In this document: in pieces, positions 29,637-38,826 of the stretch
How positions within the stretch are numbered: position 1 is the stretch's first letter
Layout: the number at the start of each line of letters is the position of its first letter
Source of the DNA: Terriglobia bacterium
GTDB taxonomy: Bacteria; Acidobacteriota; Terriglobia; 2-12-FULL-54-10
DNA: 64,000 nucleotides
Assembly: GCA_963666975.2 (NCBI GenBank)
Contig: CAXVYR010000003.1
Span: 896,001-960,000 of the forward strand
Direction of reading: 5' to 3'
The notes under the pieces: generated by a model
Databases searched by the model: none
What the model was told of the DNA's origin: nothing
Seen by the model: only the letters and a program-made list of their open reading frames with translations
Made by a program: the position numbers and the translations under genes

Positions 29637-31963
29637 GTTACAAGTGACAAGGGACAAGAATTCATCACCCATCACTCGCCACTCGTCACTTTCTATCGTC
29701 GAAGCCACACTTGCCAGTGGAGCGCTGGTCGAAAGCCCTTCCAACGGCGGACCCGCGGGCATGAAGTGGCGTGTACGGATCTTTGAATACTGTCTCTCCA
29801 AGAACCGCTATCCCTATCCGGCTGCTGCGCAGACCGGCTTTGCGCGAGCGCGCCTAGCCCCGACCTTTGACCACTTGCCGGTGGCCGTGCCTTTGAAGTG
29901 GACCCTGCGCTCGGCCCGGGAGGCATTGCGCCACCTGGAGGGAGCGCGCTGCTTCGCCGACCATTCTCTCGATTCCCCGCCCGGCTGCTCGCCGGGCCGC
30001 AGCGTCCGCGACCTGGTTGGTTTTTACTCGGATGCCGCGATGGGTCCGCGCGGTCCCGAGGCCACGCTGACACTGCTGGAAAGTGACGGCTGGGCCCGCG
30101 CCAAGCTGCTGGCCGCGTGGCATGCGGGCCGCCCGGACCTGATCGGTTTCAGCGTGGACGCTGTGATCGGCGTTCGCCCCGTGGGCGAGGGCGGGTCGCG
30201 TGTGCTCGAGGTCGAGCACATCGCCGCCATCCACAGCGTGGACATGGTGAGCGCGGCATCGAGCGGCGGCCGCGCCATCGACATTCTGGAAAGTAACGTC
30301 GAAAGCAATGTAGAAAGCAATTCCGACGGCGGTCTTCCGGAAAGATTTATCGTTCGGTCAATGCAGATAAGTTCCCAGGAGGGAAACAGCGAAAGAATTC
30401 GCAGAAAAGGAGCAACCATGAAGGAAGAAATTGAACGATTGCTGGAGGCGCTCCGTCGTACGGGCGGAGAAGTTGCCGGCGGCCCCCTGGGGCGCTTGCA
30501 GGCAATGCTGGAAGCGGAGCTGGCTAAGCCGGAGGTGGATGCAGGCCGTGTCCTGGCGGCCCTGGCGGACTGGCTCTCCTCGCCGGACACAAACCTCTCG
30601 CCGGAAACGGCACAAGAACAAGTGCACGAACAAATAAATGTCCTGCGCCAGCGGATCAGCGAGGCCGTCAGGCAGCAGCAAGCGGCCGAGGGGCTTTCTC
30701 TGCTCGATAGCAAACTGGCCGGCTCCCGTTTGCCCAAGCCCCTGGCCAGCCTGGTAGCCAGCCGCTTCCCATTCGGCCAGCCGGTTGGTGATCGGCCCAT
30801 CAGCGAGCAGGCAGTGGAGGCGGAGATCCATCGCGTGCGCGAGGCCTATGCTGCCCTCTCTCCTGCCGGGAGAGTCATCGAGACGGGGCGCGTCCGCGTC
30901 CTGCAGGAGCCGTGCGACAAAATGCAGACGGCTCTCGACCGTCTGGTCGGTCTTCCGGCGGAGGACTCCTCCATCCCCGCCTTTCGCGGTATTCGCGAAG
31001 CCTACGTCACCTACACCGGCGATGAGGAGATCAGCGGCGCCGCCTCCAACCTGAGAATCCACGAGGAGTTCAATACCGCCGGATTCCCCAATGCCCTGAG
31101 CAACAGCCTGCGGCGGCTGCTGCTCCGGGATTATCAGGAGCAGGATTTTGGGATTGGCCTGATCGCCCAATTTTCGAGCGTCCCGGACTTCCGCACTCAG
31201 GAGCGGATTCGCGTGGGCTACTTCGGCGACCTGCCGACGGTCGACCCGGAGGCGGCGGACTACGACGAGCTCACCGCTCCGACGGATGAGAAGGCCAGCT
31301 ATTCCGTGGTCACTTTCGGAGGACTGGTCACCGTCACCCGCAAGATGATTATCAATGACGATCTCGGCACCGTTCCCAAAATCGCGGGGCGCCTGGGGCG
31401 CTCTGCCCGCCGAACGCTGGCTCAGCGCGTCTTCAATCTGATGATCAACAACGGCCTCATCTACGACAGCGTGGTTTGGTTCCACTCCACCCACGGAAAC
31501 CTGGGATCGACTGCTCTTTCGGCGGCCGAGCTGGACGGGGCGCACCGCCATGCGGAACCGCACCGAGAAGGACAGCGGCAAAAAGCTGGGGATCGGCCCC
31601 CATGTTCTGGTGGTGCCGAACGAACTGGAGGGGCTGGCCCGGCAGGAGAACGAGAGGCAATATGTCGACGCCAGCTTCACCCCCAACCGCGTGCGTTTTT
31701 TATTCGGCCCCTCCAGCGAGCGCGTCGTCGTCTCTCCGCTGCTCACCGACACCAACGATTGGTACGTCTTCGCCAGCAAAGAGGAGGCGCCCACGGTGGA
31801 GGTCGGATTCCTCCAAGGACGGCAGGAGCCGGAGTTCTTCCTGGCCGACAACCCGGCCTCGGGCACGGTCTTCACCAGCGACCGCATCCGGTACAAGGTG
31901 CGCCACGAGCACGAAGCCGTAGTCATCGACTATCGCGGCGCCTACAAAGAAGTGGTGGCTTAA
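29623..31963 (+). CDS. Prohead protease-scaffold-major capsid fusion (Mu gpT-like capsid); frameshift at about 31540
   Basis: CFADH, RSVRDLVG, IGFSVD, SVDMV protease motifs; VPDFR, TFGGLVTVTRKMIINDDLG, FHSTHGNL; the C-terminus LVVPNELE...YKVRHE..VIDYRG lies in ORF 31550-31963. Confidence 0.85.
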
Positions 31964-31971
31964 GCAATGAC

Positions 31972-32099
31972 AGCCACAGAGGCACAGAGAACCGATGAAG
32001 CATAGGAAGCAAACGAAACAAAGGAAGCAGGGGAAATCCTCTTCTGCCTCTTATGCATCCCCTGCTTCCTATGCTTCTTAAGAGTGTCTCAGTGGCTGA
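31972..32099. repeat. Nested palindromic element (GCCACAGAG and GAAGCAG(A/G)GG arms)
   Basis: Self-complementary arms; inverted near-copy at 32604-32721. Confidence 0.8.
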
Positions 32100-32126
32100 T
32101 CCGACATTGAAAGAAAAGGAGCAAAC

Positions 32127-32588
32127 ATGGCAAGGACAGCAAGAGAGGACAACCTGGCCCTGCGCGGAGCATTGATCGTGGAGCTTCCGGCGGGCGCGGC
32201 AGTGGCGGCGAATGACGCACTCTACCTGGATTCCAGCGGGAAGGTGCAGAAGCTCACCTCGGCGCAGGAAGACAACCGCATCGGAGTGGCACAGAACGCC
32301 GCTGCGCTGGATGAAACGGTGCGCGTCCAGGTAGCGGGCAAATGCACCTGCGTGGCCGACGCAAGCATCTCTATCGGCGACCGCGTCGGCGCGCCGCCCA
32401 CAACGGCGGGCCGCGTGGCTACGGCCGCGAATACCCTGACGGTCGCTTCCGGCGGCACAGCGGTGACTTCTTCCTCCGCCAACGGGGCCATTGTGACCGG
32501 AGACCCGGTCGTAAGCCGCGTGCTGGGCCTCGCCCTCACGACGGCGGCTTCGGCAGGCGACAACATTACGGTGCTGCTGACACTGTGA
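32127..32588 (+). CDS. DUF2190-like capsid cement/decoration protein
   Basis: IGVAQNAA...V.VQV.G, ISIGDRV, LGLALTTAASAGDNITVLL; follows capsid; strong SD. Confidence 0.75.
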   Translation: MARTAREDNLALRGALIVELPAGAAVAANDALYLDSSGKVQKLTSAQEDNRIGVAQNAAALDETVRVQVAGKCTCVADASISIGDRVGAPPTTAGRVATAANTLTVASGGTAVTSSSANGAIVTGDPVVSRVLGLALTTAASAGDNITVLLTL

Positions 32589-32603
32589 GGGCATTGGCCC
32601 CCG

Positions 32604-32721
32604 AGCCACAGAGACACGATGAAGCAGAGGAGGCAGGGGAGGCATAAGAGGCAGAAGAGGATTTCCCCTGCTTCCTTTACTTCGTTTGCTTCTTATGTTT
32701 CTTACGCGTGCCTCTGTGGCT
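32604..32721. repeat. Inverted copy of the 31972-32099 palindrome
   Basis: Core ~80 bp is the reverse complement with only a few mismatches. Confidence 0.8.
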
Positions 32722-32734
32722 AATGAGATAACTT

Positions 32735-33409
32735 ATGCCAAAAACAATTCCTGATTTCCAAGAACTGGTACGGGGCCACGTTCAGGACGCTGCCGAGAAA
32801 CTCTCCGGCACGGACCTGACGGCGGCGATTGAGGAGGCGATCAGCGGCCGTTACTCCAAGGACCGCCCGCGAACGCTGCTCTCGGACTTGCTCGGCGACG
32901 GCGTGCAATTCGAGTGGGATCTGGCAACTCTCACGGGATGGCAAACGGGCTTCTCGCAGGTTGTCCAAATCGAATACCCGCAGGGTGAGCGCGCTCCTCA
33001 TTACCTGGAAGATGAGGACTGGCTGATCTACGAGTCACCCGCCGCGCAGTTCCTCCGTTTTTCCTTCACGCTCACCAGCGGCAAGACGGCGCGTGTAAAG
33101 TACACCGCCCCGCACACGGCGGACGCCTCCACCGTTCCGGACGCCGATTTCTACGCTGTCGCGTCGCTGGCTGCATCGCTCGCGGCCAAGCGGCTGTCGG
33201 CGCTTTCCGCCCAGACCGGCGACAGCTCGATCGCAGCCGACACGGTGGACTACAGAAGCAAGTCGCAGGAGTACGCTGCCCTGGCACGGCGGCTGGAGAA
33301 AGACTACGAAAATTTGCTGGGGACAGACCCGGGGCGCACTGCCCCAGCGGCTTCCCGGACGGCGGATTGGAAAGGAAAAACGGCGGGAGGCGACCGCCTC
33401 ACGCACTGA
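32735..33409 (+). CDS. Head-tail adaptor
   Basis: Synteny; ADTVDYRSKSQEY connector-like C-terminus. Confidence 0.6.
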   Translation: MPKTIPDFQELVRGHVQDAAEKLSGTDLTAAIEEAISGRYSKDRPRTLLSDLLGDGVQFEWDLATLTGWQTGFSQVVQIEYPQGERAPHYLEDEDWLIYESPAAQFLRFSFTLTSGKTARVKYTAPHTADASTVPDADFYAVASLAASLAAKRLSALSAQTGDSSIAADTVDYRSKSQEYAALARRLEKDYENLLGTDPGRTAPAASRTADWKGKTAGGDRLTH

Positions 33410-33462
33410 AAAGTTGCTGACACGCGCGCAGGAACAAAACGGATCGGGAGAAGTCTTAAAAG

Positions 33463-33981
33463 ATGGAACTGAAAATAGAGGTAAAGGTCGGCAGGTTTAC
33501 TGAACGGATCGAGCGCTTCCCAGCCGCATTGCGACGCGGCATCGAGCGGGGACTGGTGCGCTCGACACAACTGTTGCGGCGCGCAGTAGAGACGAATATT
33601 CGAACTCCGCTCGGAACAAAACCTCCGGCAGTGGCCTTGGGGGTTCTGGCAAGCTCTGTGATCGCGGAGGTGGAGGTCAGCCAGGAAAACGCGCGCGCGG
33701 TCGGTCGTGTATTCGTAAAGGCTCCTATCGACCGCTACGGGGTGTTCGTGGAGTTCGGAACATCGCCTCACTGGCCACCCCTCGATCCTCTAATTTCCTG
33801 GGCGCGGATAAAGTTCCACATGACCGACCCGAAGAAAATTCGGGCGACTGCCTGGGCGGTAGCAGAAACGATTGCAAAGCACGGCACGCAGGGGCACTTC
33901 ATGTTCACGCGGGCACATCAGGAAAACGAAAAGAAAGTGGTTTCGATTATGGAAGAGGAGATTGAGCGGATGCTTCCGTAA
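33463..33981 (+). CDS. HK97 gp10-like tail completion protein
   Basis: YGVFVEFGTSPHWPP, IAKHGT..HFMF. Confidence 0.8.
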   Translation: MELKIEVKVGRFTERIERFPAALRRGIERGLVRSTQLLRRAVETNIRTPLGTKPPAVALGVLASSVIAEVEVSQENARAVGRVFVKAPIDRYGVFVEFGTSPHWPPLDPLISWARIKFHMTDPKKIRATAWAVAETIAKHGTQGHFMFTRAHQENEKKVVSIMEEEIERMLP

Positions 33982-34008
33982 GGGAGCAAGAACCCGACAC
34001 GACAACCC

Positions 34009-34452
34009 ATGTCCCTGGCAAGCAACATTCTGGCGATCAAAACCATCCTCGAAGGGATCAGCGGCGTGACGAACGTGTACGACACCGTTCGGAACTGGCA
34101 AACCGAGAAGGAGTTCCGCGAGGCGGCCCGCAGTTCTTCCGGGACGATTCAGTTCTGGTTCCTCACGCGCGAGTCCAGCGAAGCCGAAGACCTGGGACCG
34201 CAACTGACCGCGCGCCGCCACACCATCGCGCTGCACGGCTATTACGGAGTGAACGACGCCGCCGCCAGTGAAAAAACATTCCAGGCGCTGGTGGAAAGCG
34301 TGGCCGCAGCGGTCGGGGCCGACCGAAAGCTGAACGCGACGGCGCGCCACTCCGGCCCGCCGCAGGTGCGGACCGTGGACTTTCGTGTTGTCAGCAATGT
34401 TCTCTGCCACCACGTGGAACTCGAACTGGCCGTGGAGGAGAAACCCGCGTAG
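34009..34452 (+). CDS. Tail terminator-like protein
   Basis: Size and synteny; ASEKTFQALVE, LCHHVELEL. Confidence 0.6.
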   Translation: MSLASNILAIKTILEGISGVTNVYDTVRNWQTEKEFREAARSSSGTIQFWFLTRESSEAEDLGPQLTARRHTIALHGYYGVNDAAASEKTFQALVESVAAAVGADRKLNATARHSGPPQVRTVDFRVVSNVLCHHVELELAVEEKPA

Positions 34453-34494
34453 CCGGAAGCAGTCAGTGAGCAGATATTAACAAGGAGAGAAACA

Positions 34495-35550
34495 ATGGCC
34501 TTCACGGAACCGAGTCATGATTATGAACTGTTATGGCGCTTCTCCACCAACCGCCAGACCACGCTGGGGACGCCGCTGGCCGACGCGGACTTGCCGCTTT
34601 CGGCGCTGATCTCCGGCTTTGACGCCGGCAAGCTCGCGCACCGGATGATCTCCGACGCAGACCGTTTCGGCAAGGGACATCCTTATGCCACCAGCCACCG
34701 CAAGGTGGCGCAAACGACCGCGCTCACCCGAACGCTGGAGTTGAACGACATCTTCGCCGGATGGGCGGCGGCCTTCGCGATGGGCAGCGTCACCACCACG
34801 CAACCCAACGCGGTCAACAATCCCTCCGTCTACGATCACCTCATTCGCTGGTCGGATCTCGCCGTTTCGAAGGTGATGCCCTTCACCACCATCCATGAGC
34901 AGCCCTGGGCGGGGCTGGCGCGCAAGCTGCCGGACCTGGTCGTGGCGAGCTTTGCGCTCAGCGGTCGCGGGCAGGACCCGGTGCAGCTTTCCATCCAAAT
35001 GCTCGGCTCCGGGCGCTCGAGCGACGTCGCTCTGCCCGCCCCCACCCTCTCGACTCCCGCTTATCTCGACAACGGCGGCGCCCTCATCCGTCTGGGACCA
35101 AGCGGAGCAACCGTGGACATCTCCAACCGCGTGGCGGAGTGGAGCGTCGCCGTGCAGGCCAACCCGGATGAGGCCAACGGACGCTTCCCTTCTTCGGGAC
35201 TTTACGTGGACCGCTGGTGGTACGGGCCCAAGCGCACGGCGATTCCGGAGATGACCCTTTTTGTGAACAGAAGTGACACGGACATTCTCGACCTGTTTCG
35301 CAATGACACCGCCCAGGAGCTGCAGATCAACCTCACCGGAGCGGTCATCACAAACGGCCAGCCCGAAATCTACCGTATGGACATGCTCTGGCCGGAGATT
35401 CACTTCACGGCAGCCGAAGACGTAGTGATCGACAACAAGGTCGCCTTCCGCATGACGGTTGCTGAAGACGGCGTATTCCAGAAAGCCGGCAGCGAATATT
35501 TCCAGGTGACGGTGACCAATACAACCGCCGCATACCTGGTGGCGGCATAG
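34495..35550 (+). CDS. Major tail tube protein
   Basis: Strong SD; WAAAFAMG, YDHLI; ends VTVTNTTAAY; no sheath gene present. Confidence 0.7.
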   Translation: MAFTEPSHDYELLWRFSTNRQTTLGTPLADADLPLSALISGFDAGKLAHRMISDADRFGKGHPYATSHRKVAQTTALTRTLELNDIFAGWAAAFAMGSVTTTQPNAVNNPSVYDHLIRWSDLAVSKVMPFTTIHEQPWAGLARKLPDLVVASFALSGRGQDPVQLSIQMLGSGRSSDVALPAPTLSTPAYLDNGGALIRLGPSGATVDISNRVAEWSVAVQANPDEANGRFPSSGLYVDRWWYGPKRTAIPEMTLFVNRSDTDILDLFRNDTAQELQINLTGAVITNGQPEIYRMDMLWPEIHFTAAEDVVIDNKVAFRMTVAEDGVFQKAGSEYFQVTVTNTTAAYLVAA

Positions 35551-35559
35551 GAGAGCGAA

Positions 35560-36306
35560 TTGGAAACCATCGAAGAGCTGTTTGAGCTGGCCCCGGAAGA
35601 GATCGAAGTTTGCCTGCGCCTGGCGCGCAATGGGGAACGCTTTCAGTTGCTGCACTTCGTGCGTCCGCCTGCCTTCGAGGACTGGCTGGACTATGAGCGG
35701 AACCTGCGCGGCTGCATCGAAAGCGTGGAGAGCGAAGGGGAGGAGGCGCTCCGCTTTGATGCTCGCACGTTGGAGGCGGCGGCCTCTCTCTACGACCGCA
35801 TCATTCGCCGCACGGAAGGCTATCGTGCGGGCGAGAAAACCATTGCCGTCCCGGTTGAAAAAATCCCTCTCGACCACAAGGAGATGGTTGTGCGCGGGCT
35901 CGCCAATGTAGCTCCTGCGGCGGTGCCGCCGTCTTCCCAGGCGGAGCCGGACCTGCCGCCCGCAGCTTTCTCGCTGGATTCGGAGGCGATAGAGGTAACG
36001 CTGGAAGCCGGTCGCAACGGGAACACGCACCGGAACCTTGTGCATGTCTTCCGCCCGCCCACGGCTGCCGAAACTATCGAGTTCAGCCGTGTCAGCTCCC
36101 ATGCCCTGTACGTGCGAGGTTCGAAGACCTTGAAATCGATTCTTCCGTCGCGACTGCCTGGCTTGGTGGCGTTGTACGACAAGCTGATCGAACAGGTGCG
36201 CGGCTACGCGGTGGACGGCGCTCCGGTGACCGACCGCGCCGTGATCGCCAAACAGATGGACCCGCTGCACAAGAAAGTGGCCCTGCAGAATCTTTTTGGA
36301 GCGTGA
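35560..36306 (+). CDS. Tail assembly chaperone-like protein with an internal duplication
   Basis: Between tube and TMP; two IEV.L...RNG...RPP / LYD.I...GY / HK halves. Confidence 0.6.
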   Translation: METIEELFELAPEEIEVCLRLARNGERFQLLHFVRPPAFEDWLDYERNLRGCIESVESEGEEALRFDARTLEAAASLYDRIIRRTEGYRAGEKTIAVPVEKIPLDHKEMVVRGLANVAPAAVPPSSQAEPDLPPAAFSLDSEAIEVTLEAGRNGNTHRNLVHVFRPPTAAETIEFSRVSSHALYVRGSKTLKSILPSRLPGLVALYDKLIEQVRGYAVDGAPVTDRAVIAKQMDPLHKKVALQNLFGA

Positions 36307-36333
36307 CGATCTCTCAACGGAAAGTTCCTGCTT

Positions 36334-36732
36334 ATGTCAGTCCGTATAGTGAACACATCTGGTTCCATAGCGTCACCCGGCAGCCCGTCGCGCTTTCAGG
36401 CGGTGCGGGCCAGCCGGGATCGCGAGCAGTTGAGGGAATCGATCTGGCGACATCTCACCGGCATCCACTCCGGTTCTGGCCGTCCTGGCAGACACCCCGC
36501 CAACAAACGCGTCCCCTACGCCTTTGAGCTGTGGATCGCGCACCTGTTGCTGCTGGAACAAACCCTGGAGGTCGCCCCGATTCCCTGGCGGGAGCTGCGC
36601 GCCGAAGAATTGGATGGACTGCTCCTGTTGCGTGCCGCGCAGGAAAGGTTCCGGAGAGAATACCGCCCCTGCGGGCAATGCAGGGCTCCCATCAAAGGGA
36701 AAATTTGTGACCGATGCGGGGCGGTGAACTAA
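36334..36732 (+). CDS. Second chaperone-position protein with C-terminal CxxC-CxxC
   Basis: LRAEELDGLLLL; CGQC...CDRCG; abuts TMP. Confidence 0.5.
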   Translation: MSVRIVNTSGSIASPGSPSRFQAVRASRDREQLRESIWRHLTGIHSGSGRPGRHPANKRVPYAFELWIAHLLLLEQTLEVAPIPWRELRAEELDGLLLLRAAQERFRREYRPCGQCRAPIKGKICDRCGAVN

Positions 36733-38037
36733 ATGCCACAGAAATCGGTGTCGATTGTCATTGAAGTTGCGGGGGCCGATGATGCCATCGGCCAAGTCCA
36801 GCGGATGCGCTCGGCGCTCGATGACCTGGCGAGTGGCGGCGCGGAGGACATGAACCGTCTGCGCCGCCAGAGCGGCGAAGTCACGCAGGCAATGCAGGAG
36901 ATGAAAAAGGCTTTTCAGTTGCGCGACCTGCAAAAAGAAATGACCGGCAGCCTGGAATCTTTCTTTGGCCGAATTATCTCCGGAGCCCGGACCACCGGCG
37001 ACGTTTTCCAGAACATCTGGCGACAAATCGCCGATTTCTTCAAGCGGACCGTTCGAGAGATGGCCGCCGCCTGGACTCTGAGCCTCGGCGGATCGCTTGC
37101 GGGCGGGGCCGCTGGCGGCGGTTTCTCGCTTGGAAATATTTTCACTCTTCCCGCCATCGGCTCCGGGACCGGGTTCCCTCCGACGACTCGCCGCAACCCG
37201 ACCTTGGCCGAGACATTGGGTCTGCCGGCAACGACACCGCTCGGAGATATTTTGTCCGGAACATTTTCGCGGGGCATCGGGCCGCTCAGCGGCTCACAAG
37301 TTGCGTTGGGCGGATTGAGCTTGGGTGCATTGACCATCGGCAACAGCAACCGTGCTGTCAGCGCCTTGGGAGGAGCGGCGAGCGGAGGCTTGCTCGGTTT
37401 CAGCGTCGGCGGGCCAATCGGCGCGGGTGTGGGAGCGCTGATCGGAGGATTGGCGGGCCTGTTCAGCGGCGGCGGCGGAAAGCAAAAAGAACAGGACACC
37501 GCGATTGCGAACCAGGGCTTCGCGCGAATGCGGGCAATCCTCAATGACTTCGAGCGCTTTCGGATCGACTTCGCCACCCCCATCGACGCCTCACACTTGA
37601 TATGGAGCCGAATGCAATCGCAGTTTGTCCGCTCCGAATCGGTCCGGACACAGCGGCCTTTTTTTGACGAGATCGTCAGCTCGATCCGCCGGACCGAAGA
37701 TGAGCGCAACCGGCGGCGGCAGTTGATGGCCCTGCAGCCGTTGCCGGAGTTTGCCGAAGGCGGTTTTGTGTCTTCGTCAACCTCGAGCTTGTCGAGGGGT
37801 CTGCTTGCTGTGCTGCATCCCGGCGAGTTTGTGATGAACCGCCAGTCGGCGGAGCGAATCGGACTGTCGGCGCTGGAAGGATTAAACAACGGAACCAATC
37901 TTAGCGGGGCCGCACGCGACGGACAGACCGTGACCTTGGAGATCCCGAGCCAGGAGTTTTTCAATGAGGTAGTGGAACGCTCCATCCCGGTGATCCTGCG
38001 GCGCGGCGGCAAGGCAAGCAAGGTGCTGAGAGGATGA
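36733..38037 (+). CDS. Short tape-measure protein (434 aa)
   Basis: N-terminal IVIEV; Gly-rich GPIGAGVGALIGG; FAEGGFV...AVLHPGEFVMN C-terminal motif. Confidence 0.8.
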   Translation: MPQKSVSIVIEVAGADDAIGQVQRMRSALDDLASGGAEDMNRLRRQSGEVTQAMQEMKKAFQLRDLQKEMTGSLESFFGRIISGARTTGDVFQNIWRQIADFFKRTVREMAAAWTLSLGGSLAGGAAGGGFSLGNIFTLPAIGSGTGFPPTTRRNPTLAETLGLPATTPLGDILSGTFSRGIGPLSGSQVALGGLSLGALTIGNSNRAVSALGGAASGGLLGFSVGGPIGAGVGALIGGLAGLFSGGGGKQKEQDTAIANQGFARMRAILNDFERFRIDFATPIDASHLIWSRMQSQFVRSESVRTQRPFFDEIVSSIRRTEDERNRRRQLMALQPLPEFAEGGFVSSSTSSLSRGLLAVLHPGEFVMNRQSAERIGLSALEGLNNGTNLSGAARDGQTVTLEIPSQEFFNEVVERSIPVILRRGGKASKVLRG

Positions 38038-38124
38038 AGCAGAGGAGGCAAAGGACGCACAGGAGGCAGGGGATTCTTTCCTATGATTCGTTTGTTTCCT
38101 CTGCTTCCTATGCTTCGTGAAATT

Positions 38125-38733
38125 ATGGCAACCACAGACATTTTTCCCGTCGATCCCGATTACACGATCACCCGCACGAAGGAAGCGAACGTCCTCCGCG
38201 GGCGAGTCGAAAGCGCCAGAGAATTTCTTCGCCAGAAGGCGGCGCCGCGGCGGGTGTTTGCGCTGGTCTTCAACCGCCGCGCGAAGGCCGACTGGGACGC
38301 AATCGAAAACTTCCGCCTGCGCATGCTGACCGACTTTTTTACTTTCGATGATAAAAGCGCCGGCGGCAGCCCGAACCGGCAGTATTCGGTCTATTTCGAT
38401 GCCGAGCCGGTCTATGAAGAAGCCGGCAACGAGGCTCACAACATCCGCGTGCAGTTGATTGAAGCGGCAGGCGTTGCCATGAACACCTATCCGAGCTTTG
38501 CCGCCGGAAACCCTTCTGTGAATATCCCCGTAGCGCAGGCAACGGACCTGGGAGCAAGCGGCAAGCAGTTTTTGTATCCGGGCTATGGATACCGCGTGAA
38601 CGGCACGTTCACGAGCATTTATCTCGACGAGGTGCTGACCGGCGGCGAGAACCCAAAGACGGACGTCGTCCTCGGACTGCACAGAATACGCATAGTCGGA
38701 GGAAGTCCAGCGAGCTTGGATTATTTGATTTGA
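38125..38733 (+). CDS. Distal tail (Dit-like) protein
   Basis: Follows TMP; PDYTITR, R.FALVFN.R, FFTF.D pattern. Confidence 0.55.
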   Translation: MATTDIFPVDPDYTITRTKEANVLRGRVESAREFLRQKAAPRRVFALVFNRRAKADWDAIENFRLRMLTDFFTFDDKSAGGSPNRQYSVYFDAEPVYEEAGNEAHNIRVQLIEAAGVAMNTYPSFAAGNPSVNIPVAQATDLGASGKQFLYPGYGYRVNGTFTSIYLDEVLTGGENPKTDVVLGLHRIRIVGGSPASLDYLI

Positions 38734-38826
38734 AATCAGGGCCGCCAGAGCCTGCCCCGAGCAAAGTCGAGGGGTGAGGGAGCGGTGCCTAGTCGCTAGC
38801 TTGACGCGCGCGGTTCGGAATTAGAT

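Noticed and set aside
28149-38141. Long antisense ORFs (28149-29801, 30358-31926, 34531-36270, 36915-38141)
   Set aside because: Shadow frames of GC-rich genes with no recognisable motifs.
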